A DNA stretch of 31,633 nt from the IMG/VR virus record IMGVR_UViG_3300019471_000061, positions 1 to 31,633 of that record; one strand, 5' to 3'. Origin of the DNA: a virus. The position numbers and the translations under genes are program-made. A model generated the notes under the pieces. It did not search any database, was not told where the DNA came from, and saw nothing but the letters and a program-made list of their open reading frames with translations. This document shows positions 16,049-23,194 of this stretch, piece by piece (the stretch's first letter is position 1; every line of letters begins with the position of its first letter).

Positions 16049-16542
16049 TCAGTTACGTCCTTTTGATAATTTGTCGTAAGACTCGCTTTCTATTTTGTTT
16101 TCAACTGCTCTTTTCGCCATGATTGCTTCTATAACCCATTCAGGAGTGTCCAAATATTCTTCGTAAGTCCAGCCATAGTCTTTTAGAATTCCTGCTATAA
16201 CAATTGGCTCTGGAGCTGCAGTTTTTGTTCGATAAGCACGCTCATAATCTTGTGCGAGCGCGGTTATTCTTTTGGGCTTGCTTTAGGGTCTAGAACTTCT
16301 TGCAGCTGCTCAGATATTAAGTTAAAATCCTCTCCGCTCGTTGAATCCATTAACGCTTCATAGGCAGCATCTGAACCGTCAGCGTCTTTATATCTGATAA
16401 GAACAGCCTTTATACCTAATTCAATAGCTAAGTCTACGTCGTCTTTTGCTTTTGCAAATTCTTTACGTGTACGGTTAGTAATTGCCGTTTTCAAAATTGC
16501 CTCGCCTCCGCTAGGTAGTTGAATAGTTTTCGTATCTTCCAC
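16049..16542 (-). CDS. Tail assembly chaperone G-T fusion made by a programmed -1 frameshift
   Basis: The -1 frame downstream of CCCAAAA is open for 71 codons (PKRITALAQDYERAYRTK...KGRN) and stops 2 nt before the tape-measure ATG. Confidence 0.6.
16264..16542 (-). CDS. Tail assembly chaperone G
   Basis: 92 aa and acidic. A slippery CCCAAAA sits 5 nt before its stop. Confidence 0.65.
   Translation of the reverse strand: MEDTKTIQLPSGGEAILKTAITNRTRKEFAKAKDDVDLAIELGIKAVLIRYKDADGSDAAYEALMDSTSGEDFNLISEQLQEVLDPKASPKE
16270..16276 (-). other. -1 ribosomal frameshift slippery heptamer, C CCA AAA
   Basis: X XXY YYZ in the zero frame of gene G. This is the canonical G/GT arrangement. Confidence 0.55.
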
Positions 16543-16587
16543 TGAAGTAACCTCCTTGTATTAAAGCGATCGTTTTGTGGCAAAAGA

Positions 16588-16632
16588 AAAATTGCGACAC
16601 AAGATCGCAATTTATTACTTGTATTATACCAA
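16588..16632 (-). promoter_or_regulatory. Late promoter-hairpin element, copy 2 (TGGTATAAT-N10-AAUUGCGAucuugugUCGCAAUU-UUUCUUUUG)
   Basis: 8-bp perfect stem. It overlaps, back to back, the plus-strand promoter of the nuclease gene. Confidence 0.5.
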
Positions 16633-16653
16633 ATTAACTCTATAATTCATAAT

Positions 16654-17667
16654 ATGAAGTCTACAATATCGCCAATTGATAAAAAGAATGTTAATTTTGA
16701 GTTGGAAGAATTATTTCCTGCTTGGTTTTACATTATAGCTATTATATTTTTCATATGTCGGCTACCGAGCGGTCTTATGGATGCTATATCGAGCACTTTT
16801 ATGATTTCGAGCGTTTTACTACTAGGAAATGTCGCTTTTAAGTGGAAAAAGCTGAATAATACTTCTCGTATTGTGGCTTTGTGTGTAGTTTTTTGTGCTT
16901 TTTGTGTTGGCGGTGCGCTATCGAATAACAATCACGTGGCTGAACAGCAAAAATCCAATACTCAAACAACTCAGCCAGAGCAAGCTCAAAAACAACCAGA
17001 AAAACAGCCAGAAGCTCCAAAATTTAATCCAGCATTAGCTCAAGACGCAAATTTTCAGCAAGGCGAAAAAGACACTGTAACAGAGGTAATAGATGGTGAT
17101 ACGATTCGCACGTCGAACCACGCCAAAATCCGTCTAGTAGGGCTTGATACACCTGAAACTAAGCACCCGCGCAAGCCCGTCCAGTGTTTTGGCAGAGAAG
17201 CTTCTCAAAAAATGAATGATTTAGTCGCTGGTAAAACGGTTTATTTAGTTGCAGATCCTACTCAAAGCAGCAAAGACAAATATGGACGAGATTTATTCTA
17301 TATTTATCTAGAAGACGGCACGAACGTAGCTTATACGATGATTCGCGAAGGCTACGGTCATGAATACACGTATAATTCTAATCCTCACAAATGGCAAGCG
17401 CAGTTCCAAGAAGCTCAGAGAATAGCTATACAAGAAAATAAGGGCTTGTGGGCGGCAAATACGTGTGGCGGCAACACCGAAAAGCCAGCAGATCAACAAG
17501 CGCAACCTGCTCCAGCTCAAAATCAGTCTGCTGATGGTGTAACATTTAGCAGTTGTCGAGAAGCTCGCGCTGCTGGATATAGCAATATGCGTCGTGGCGA
17601 ACCTGGATATTCGCCAGATTTAGACAGAGATGGCGACGGAGTTGCTTGCGAAAGTCGTAGAAGATAG
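16654..17667 (+). CDS. Membrane-anchored extracellular thermonuclease: N-terminal TM helices, an SNase domain and a C-terminal Excalibur Ca-binding domain
   Basis: VIDGDTIR...IRLVGLDTPE SNase signature. C-terminal DLDRDGDGVACE Excalibur motif. Plus-strand promoter TTGTAT-N16-TATAAT, with the ATG 7 nt after the -10, so the mRNA is leaderless. Confidence 0.8.
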   Translation: MKSTISPIDKKNVNFELEELFPAWFYIIAIIFFICRLPSGLMDAISSTFMISSVLLLGNVAFKWKKLNNTSRIVALCVVFCAFCVGGALSNNNHVAEQQKSNTQTTQPEQAQKQPEKQPEAPKFNPALAQDANFQQGEKDTVTEVIDGDTIRTSNHAKIRLVGLDTPETKHPRKPVQCFGREASQKMNDLVAGKTVYLVADPTQSSKDKYGRDLFYIYLEDGTNVAYTMIREGYGHEYTYNSNPHKWQAQFQEAQRIAIQENKGLWAANTCGGNTEKPADQQAQPAPAQNQSADGVTFSSCREARAAGYSNMRRGEPGYSPDLDRDGDGVACESRRR

Positions 17668-17668
17668 A

Positions 17669-17700
17669 AAAAGCCCGCGTATTGCGGGCTCTTCTTTATA
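17669..17700. terminator. Bidirectional intrinsic terminator, AGCCCGCgtattGCGGGCT
   Basis: T-rich tracts on both sides. It ends both the nuclease gene and the major-tail transcription unit. Confidence 0.6.
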
Positions 17701-17707
17701 TTTGAGA

Positions 17708-18700
17708 CTAATAAGTGTACTTATTAACCAATTTTGCAGTAAATGACTTGCTGAAGTCTGCTGTATTAAGCAACATAACAGCGTCAATCTTTTCAGTAGC
17801 TATGTCACTCACGCCGTAGCTTGGTTCGTAGCCGCTAAATGCAGCGACTGCAATGTCGAATGTCAGGCTCGTGTTGGTCTTCGAGCCAGCTTTACTCTTG
17901 TCGTCTACAAATGACAGACGTAATGCTTTACGCTCATCATTGTAGCTCATAGCTCGATAAGTACTGTCGCGGTATAGCTTTTCAATAGAAACTGAAACTT
18001 CAAATTCACCGTTTAGAATCTCACCGTAGGTGTCCTTAGAATCCATTGTTTGCTGTGGCTGAAGGTTCTTGCTGATAGTCAACGTCAAGCTCTTAATGTC
18101 CTTAGCCTCAGGTGCTGCGTCAAGACCAGCTAAATTGTCGGCAATTTTGAATGATGCGTGCTTTGGTAAAAACTCGGTGTCATCGATAGTGTAAGTGATA
18201 TTGTCGTTAGCTGTAACACTCTTGTGAGACTTAAACGCTACTTCAACCTTCGGAAAATCGTCAGGTGTCCACGTAAATGTCACTGTATCGGCCATTGCAT
18301 ATGCAAAGCGAGCAGACAAATTAGGCTCTTTAATCGCCATAGTAGCCGAAATGTGATTATTGTCGTCTCGTAGTGCAAATGCGTGCTCTTTCGCCGTAGT
18401 GTCACCTTGTACAGCTGTAGTTGTTGGTTTCTGTCCAAATGCTAGCGCGAGCCAATAGTACAGACCCTTAACCCACAATTTTGTCGAAATTGAGCCGTCG
18501 CCCTCAACCAAAACGTCGGTTTTGCCGTTGTTCTTGATGATTGTGCCGAGCGCAGATTCGTTCATTTTGCTCGTTGGCGAATCCTTAAAACTGATATCTA
18601 GATGTGGTGCTCCGTAAGTTGGTGCTACCGCTGTGCCTTTGGCGTTTGGATCTTCTAGTCCAATACCAACAGCAACTTTTCGTCCGCTAAATGTAGCCAT
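17708..18700 (-). CDS. Major tail protein (putative)
   Basis: 330 aa. It is the first gene after late-promoter copy 3 and precedes the G/GT-TMP block. No sheath gene is present. Confidence 0.5.
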   Translation of the reverse strand: MATFSGRKVAVGIGLEDPNAKGTAVAPTYGAPHLDISFKDSPTSKMNESALGTIIKNNGKTDVLVEGDGSISTKLWVKGLYYWLALAFGQKPTTTAVQGDTTAKEHAFALRDDNNHISATMAIKEPNLSARFAYAMADTVTFTWTPDDFPKVEVAFKSHKSVTANDNITYTIDDTEFLPKHASFKIADNLAGLDAAPEAKDIKSLTLTISKNLQPQQTMDSKDTYGEILNGEFEVSVSIEKLYRDSTYRAMSYNDERKALRLSFVDDKSKAGSKTNTSLTFDIAVAAFSGYEPSYGVSDIATEKIDAVMLLNTADFSKSFTAKLVNKYTY

Positions 18701-18749
18701 TTGCTTTCTCCTTTTATTATTTACCTAGGTAAACAAAAGCGTGCTCAAA

Positions 18750-18797
18750 GAAAAATTGCGATCTTCGAGACCGCAATTTGTTAATTTAATTATACCA
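18750..18797 (-). promoter_or_regulatory. Late promoter-hairpin element, copy 3 (TGGTATAAT...AAUUGCGGUCucgaaGAUCGCAAUU-UUUCUUUG)
   Basis: 10-bp stem with one G-U pair. Confidence 0.5.
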
Positions 18798-18799
18798 CA

Positions 18800-19309
18800 T
18801 TAGGATAATAAATCTGGTCGGAATTGCGCGTGCTTAACCTTAAATCTTACGATAGCCTCAGCCGTAAATAATCCTTTGTCGCGTGGAGTAGCGTCAAATT
18901 CTACAGTCGTTTCTTCTCCAGCGTCAATCCATACACGATCGCCTGGATCTTGATTAGCTCTCAGAGCACCAATAATGCTACCTTTTCGAAGCGTCATGTC
19001 ATCATGCCTGGCTGCTACTAATTCTGCTAATTCGAGATGACTACGTGCGTCCGTTCCCTGATTGAAATCTTTAGTCATATCTACAACCACACATAAAACG
19101 ATCGCCATGTTGCTCTCAATTTCGCCACCAGCTGAATCGTGAACCTCGTAGTCATTATCAAAACTAATAAACGCCATCGGTCGCGTCAGCTGACTCTTAT
19201 TGATCACGACAGGATCGCCATAACCATATCGACCGCGTAAAATCTCTGGTCCATCTTTTTCTAAAATATCTCTTATCTGTTTGAGTATTGGATCTACGTA
19301 TTTTGCCAT
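18800..19309 (-). CDS. Head-tail connector or tail completion protein (putative)
   Basis: Assigned on position and size only. Confidence 0.35.
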   Translation of the reverse strand: MAKYVDPILKQIRDILEKDGPEILRGRYGYGDPVVINKSQLTRPMAFISFDNDYEVHDSAGGEIESNMAIVLCVVVDMTKDFNQGTDARSHLELAELVAARHDDMTLRKGSIIGALRANQDPGDRVWIDAGEETTVEFDATPRDKGLFTAEAIVRFKVKHAQFRPDLLS

Positions 19310-19321
19310 TGCCTTCTCCTT

Positions 19322-19732
19322 CTAATCAAAAATATTACGTTGGAATATACGAACTATCTCTTTCGCCTGCTGTTCTTCAATCGCCATCATCACACGGCGC
19401 GGCATATATTTACGTGGTTGACGTGACTGATGATATTTGAAGTATGAGCGCGAGTTGGATATCTCAGCCTGCTTTGATGATATTCTGCTACGAAATCCTC
19501 GACGCATTGCGCCAGTTTTTTCAAGTATTTGCCACGGATACGCTTTTTTTCGCTTTTTCCATTTACCCCAAACGCCACCGCGTGAACCAAAGTTCTGATC
19601 AATGACATTTGTCATATATTCAGCAGACTCTCTTAGCGATGTCTGCATGTTTTTAGCTTTACGTCCGCGCAAATCCAATTCGCGCATGACTTCGTCGCGT
19701 CCTTCAACTGAAAATGTGATTTGCAAGCTCAC
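19322..19732 (-). CDS. Head-tail joining or virion morphogenesis protein (putative)
   Basis: Assigned on position and size only. The protein is basic. Confidence 0.35.
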   Translation of the reverse strand: MSLQITFSVEGRDEVMRELDLRGRKAKNMQTSLRESAEYMTNVIDQNFGSRGGVWGKWKKRKKAYPWQILEKTGAMRRGFRSRISSKQAEISNSRSYFKYHQSRQPRKYMPRRVMMAIEEQQAKEIVRIFQRNIFD

Positions 19733-19734
19733 AG

Positions 19735-20436
19735 CTAATCCTCGCGCTCATAACATCGATCGCCGTGGAGTCGACTCGTGCCTGAGAATCTTCCAAACAA
19801 GTCGCTGTCACAATATGCAGAGATAGAACCTAATCCAATAGTAGAATCACTACTGCTTTCGCCACAAACACCACCAGACTTCATAAACTCCTGCAAATCT
19901 TCTTTAACAGTCTCTAGTCGCTTATAGCCATCTTTGCTCGTGCCTTCAATGTCCTGGTTGTAGCCATATTCTCGAATTAAGAGTCGGGCCGCGGCATAAT
20001 TCATACACAATTCTGCAACTTTTCCAGGAATAGGCTTACCCTCTTCTCTGTTGTATGGTGCGCATGGATCAATTGCGGACATATTCTTATTAATCCACTC
20101 CATGGCTGCCAATCGAGCTTTTTCAACAACTCTTAGAGGCACTGAAGCGTATGAATAGTCTATAGTAACGACAGAATCGGCTTTCGGTGCTTTCTCTAGC
20201 TCAATCACGCCAAAAGCAGGATCAACTTTTACAGCTTTAACTGGAGTTCCGTCAACGAACACGACAAAATCATCAACTGTAACCGCATCGTCAAAATTGC
20301 GGTCTGTAATTGGTTTACGATCTGTAGTAAATACTTTATTCACGCCATCAACTGCGCCATTAAGACCAACGCCATTTTCAACGTGATGAAGCCCAGCCTC
20401 TTCCAGTATGTCTTGTAATGTCGTGTAGTATATCAT
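19735..20436 (-). CDS. Head-tail adaptor or head completion protein (putative)
   Basis: Assigned on position after the capsid gene. Confidence 0.35.
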   Translation of the reverse strand: MIYYTTLQDILEEAGLHHVENGVGLNGAVDGVNKVFTTDRKPITDRNFDDAVTVDDFVVFVDGTPVKAVKVDPAFGVIELEKAPKADSVVTIDYSYASVPLRVVEKARLAAMEWINKNMSAIDPCAPYNREEGKPIPGKVAELCMNYAAARLLIREYGYNQDIEGTSKDGYKRLETVKEDLQEFMKSGGVCGESSSDSTIGLGSISAYCDSDLFGRFSGTSRLHGDRCYERED

Positions 20437-20507
20437 CGCAACTCCCTTTATTTTCTTAGTATTCAGACTAAGGCGGACGATAAACTCCTCCGCCTCAAGA
20501 CTAACGA

Positions 20508-21368
20508 CTAAACGCCTTTCAAGCCTACAATAAACTGTGCCGCTTGATAAGCTGCGTCGTAACGACCGCGCAAGCCCCAGCTAAACACATCAGTTTCGAA
20601 TGCCTTGTCGCTGTTCAAATCAGTCTTAGCAACAGGTTCGCCAACCTTTACTCGCTCAGCAATCGTCAGTGGGCACATACCTTCTTTAGCTGCAACCAAG
20701 AATGTAGCCTTGCCAGCAATTCGTGGATCAACAATCAATTCAACACGCTTGTAGTTAGGGTTGCTCTGACCGTTATCTAATCGTTCGCGGAGCAAGATTT
20801 TCTCAGCTTCCTCGCGGTTTTCCAAGCCAACGATCAAGTGGGTTGGGATTGGGTTGATCAAGTCGCCGTCAGAGTCCTTCATACCAACCAAAGCATCGTA
20901 AGCTTTGCCGAAAACTGTAGCGCTGAATGCTCCAGAGATCAAGTTGCCACGATCAGCGTGGAAGAATGGCTTGCCGTCGCTCAAGTTAGCAGTAAAGCCA
21001 ACAGGAAGTGCAGCTACAGCCAACGCGCCGTAGTGACGACCGCTCTTAGTAGTCATAACACGAGTTTGGTTTGGAATCTGACCGAGGTCGTCATCTTCAA
21101 TCTTTTCGCGCTCAACATCCAGAGTTGACTCCCATTTTCGAGGAGCGATTGTGTAAACTGTGTTGTCAGCTACACCGTGCTTGCGCTCTGACTTAAATTC
21201 TCGCATACCTGGAACGCTGTTCAAAGTAACGATGTTGCTTACAGCGCCTGTAACTGGCGTAACGTCGTAAAGAATGCCAGCTAGTGGGTCTTTGTATTCT
21301 TTTTTCGTAGTCTTGTACACTGTTTTGACTACAGTATCAAGATTTTGTAAAACTTGCTTCAAGTTCAT
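20508..21368 (-). CDS. Major capsid protein (Mu gpT-like, putative)
   Basis: 286 aa. It lies downstream of the protease/scaffold gene. It is followed by a hairpin (20471..20495). Confidence 0.55.
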   Translation of the reverse strand: MNLKQVLQNLDTVVKTVYKTTKKEYKDPLAGILYDVTPVTGAVSNIVTLNSVPGMREFKSERKHGVADNTVYTIAPRKWESTLDVEREKIEDDDLGQIPNQTRVMTTKSGRHYGALAVAALPVGFTANLSDGKPFFHADRGNLISGAFSATVFGKAYDALVGMKDSDGDLINPIPTHLIVGLENREEAEKILLRERLDNGQSNPNYKRVELIVDPRIAGKATFLVAAKEGMCPLTIAERVKVGEPVAKTDLNSDKAFETDVFSWGLRGRYDAAYQAAQFIVGLKGV

Positions 21369-21382
21369 CTCATCTTCCTTTC

Positions 21383-21745
21383 TTAGCTCAAGCGAACGCC
21401 TACAGTTTTGTTATCAATTACTTCAACAATCTGTCCGATTGCAGGAGCGGTAGCGCTAACAGTTGTCGTAACCTTGTCAGGTGTAGCAACAGCAACAGCT
21501 TTACCTAAGTCAGCAGCTGCTACTGAGTCGATTGCCAATTGGAACACGCCTGTTCGATAAACGCGCACCTCATTCTTAACTAAGCTACTAGTACCTTCCA
21601 TTGCAACACCTAGAAATGGTTTTGCTCCTGCTTCTGCTGCTTTAGCATTGCCTGCAGCGTCAACAGTAACTAATTGTCCGCGATTGATCACATTGGTGCC
21701 AAATGGTGCTGAGATCAAATCGCCGTCTTGTCGTAGAAAAGTCAT
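21383..21745 (-). CDS. Small head structural or decoration-like protein
   Basis: 120 aa, Ala/Val/Gly-rich. It sits between the scaffold and capsid genes. Confidence 0.4.
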   Translation of the reverse strand: MTFLRQDGDLISAPFGTNVINRGQLVTVDAAGNAKAAEAGAKPFLGVAMEGTSSLVKNEVRVYRTGVFQLAIDSVAAADLGKAVAVATPDKVTTTVSATAPAIGQIVEVIDNKTVGVRLS

Positions 21746-22896
21746 TATTGATTCTCCTTCTTTACTTCTTTATAATCTTCTTCGTTCAAGCCATAGCGCT
21801 CGATGGTTTTCTTGTCCTCGTCGCCAAGCTCGACTTCTTCGCCGCCACCGTTGTCATCGCTTTCAGCTCCTTTTTCGTCAGTCAAATTCAGCGATGGACT
21901 TGACTCGATAAACTCGCTTAATAACGTATCAACAGTCTTGGTTTCATCATCAGATAGGTGGATTTCTTGGCTAGCTACTTCGCTCAATGCCATAAATGCC
22001 TCTTTCTGAGCTGGCACCACCTTGCCATCACTCAGCAACTTATCAAACTTAGCCTCAGCCGCTTTTTTCGCTAGAGCAGCTTCTTTTTCTGCAATTGCTG
22101 CTTCACGATCAGCCAAAGCTTTTTCTCGATCAGCAAATTCATTCTCATTTTCTTTTTCGTCTTTTTTCTCTTCCGATTCTTCTGTTTCAGGTGTCTCAGC
22201 GTCAGCAATTTGCTGCTTTACAGCCTCTGCTTGGTCTTCTGGTACTTCAATTTCAGCACCAGCGGCGACGGTTGCGGTCTTCTCTTCGCCGTCTTCCTGC
22301 CACTTCACCTCGACGTCAAATTCGCGGTCGTTCTTAACTTTTACCTTCATAGTCTCTTCCTCCTTTTCGTAATCTTGACTATCGCTAAACAATATTGCTG
22401 GCGTTTCGTCAGCAAGCGGCATAAACTGCTGCATTCCTTTTATGTAAGGATCGACAACTAGACCGATGTGTTTCAACAGTGGACCAACGCGCTGTCCAGT
22501 TCTTTTATCGAGATAATTGTCTTCAAAGCCCATTGAAACGTCAGGAATATTGTGATTTTCGATATTTTTGGCAGTTTCTTCGTCACGGATTTCAATGACC
22601 GCGTCAATTCCTTCGTCTGTAAGCTCCATATCTACCATTTCACCCTTGTTTAGTGCTGCCAGTTCGGCCGCGCTTTTTGGATGTCCCAATGGAACAGCCA
22701 CAACACCATATTTTCCGCTATCGAAATTTTCTTTAAGACGTTTACCGAAAATCTTGTCCAAAATCATCTTTCGTGATGAGTTGTTAGGGTCAACATATTC
22801 GCCAAATCGACAAATCTGCTTTTTGAACCTCTTAAAACTACTACTAGTGTTATCTGCTAGCTCAACATTTACATCTCGATTGATAAATACATACAT
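21745..22896 (-). CDS. Prohead protease / scaffold fusion (Mu I-like). The true start is MYVFINRD, with a GGAG RBS
   Basis: The N-terminal globular region is followed by a long acidic coiled-coil tail (EKEAALAKKAAEAKFDKL). The ORF-track 5' extension begins at a TTG, upstream of the RBS. Confidence 0.5.
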   Translation of the reverse strand: MYVFINRDVNVELADNTSSSFKRFKKQICRFGEYVDPNNSSRKMILDKIFGKRLKENFDSGKYGVVAVPLGHPKSAAELAALNKGEMVDMELTDEGIDAVIEIRDEETAKNIENHNIPDVSMGFEDNYLDKRTGQRVGPLLKHIGLVVDPYIKGMQQFMPLADETPAILFSDSQDYEKEEETMKVKVKNDREFDVEVKWQEDGEEKTATVAAGAEIEVPEDQAEAVKQQIADAETPETEESEEKKDEKENENEFADREKALADREAAIAEKEAALAKKAAEAKFDKLLSDGKVVPAQKEAFMALSEVASQEIHLSDDETKTVDTLLSEFIESSPSLNLTDEKGAESDDNGGGEEVELGDEDKKTIERYGLNEEDYKEVKKENQ

Positions 22897-23035
22897 ACTT
22901 TTTCTCCTGTCTGAACCGCGATCGTATGTAAGAAAAGTGTGAGTTCTACAAATATCAACCTGTAACAGTGTCAAAAATGTTTGTGTTGCAAAAGTCTAGT
23001 GGTTACTTTGGCGGGTGAAGCCTTGATCTTCAAAA

Positions 23036-23083
23036 GAAAATTGCGATCACATACGATCGCAATTCATTAACGCTATTATATCA
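23036..23083 (-). promoter_or_regulatory. Late promoter-hairpin element, copy 4 (TGATATAAT-N10-AAUUGCGAUCguauguGAUCGCAAUU-UUUCUUUUG)
   Basis: 10-bp perfect stem. Confidence 0.5.
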
Positions 23084-23147
23084 TAAAGAATAAATTAGCA
23101 ACAACTATTTATTGACTTTTTATAGTGGTCGTGGTAATATTTATGTA

Positions 23148-23194
23148 GAAGTAGGTAGCGCCACCCGTATTGGATGGGAAAGCGGACCTACTTC
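23148..23194. repeat. Hairpin GAAGTAGGT-N28-ACCTACTTC overlapping the portal gene stop, with a T-tract on the plus strand
   Basis: Seen directly. It is oriented as a plus-strand terminator, facing into the end of the portal gene. Confidence 0.35.

Noticed and set aside
19390-19826. ORFs 19390..19608 (minus) and 19602..19826 (plus) nested in or antisense to structural genes
   Set aside because: They are contained in or antisense to contiguous structural ORFs and have no RBS.
21648-22942. Plus-strand ORFs antisense to the protease/scaffold gene
   Set aside because: They are Ser/Leu/Phe-rich low-complexity translations of the antisense strand of the Glu/Lys/Ala-rich scaffold coiled coil. There are five overlapping candidates with no RBS.
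22897-22974. ORF-track N-terminal extension MTLLQVDICRT... of the protease/scaffold gene
   Set aside because: It begins with TTG upstream of a clear GGAG RBS plus ATG (MYVFINRD). The extension lies outside the transcript predicted from late-promoter copy 4.
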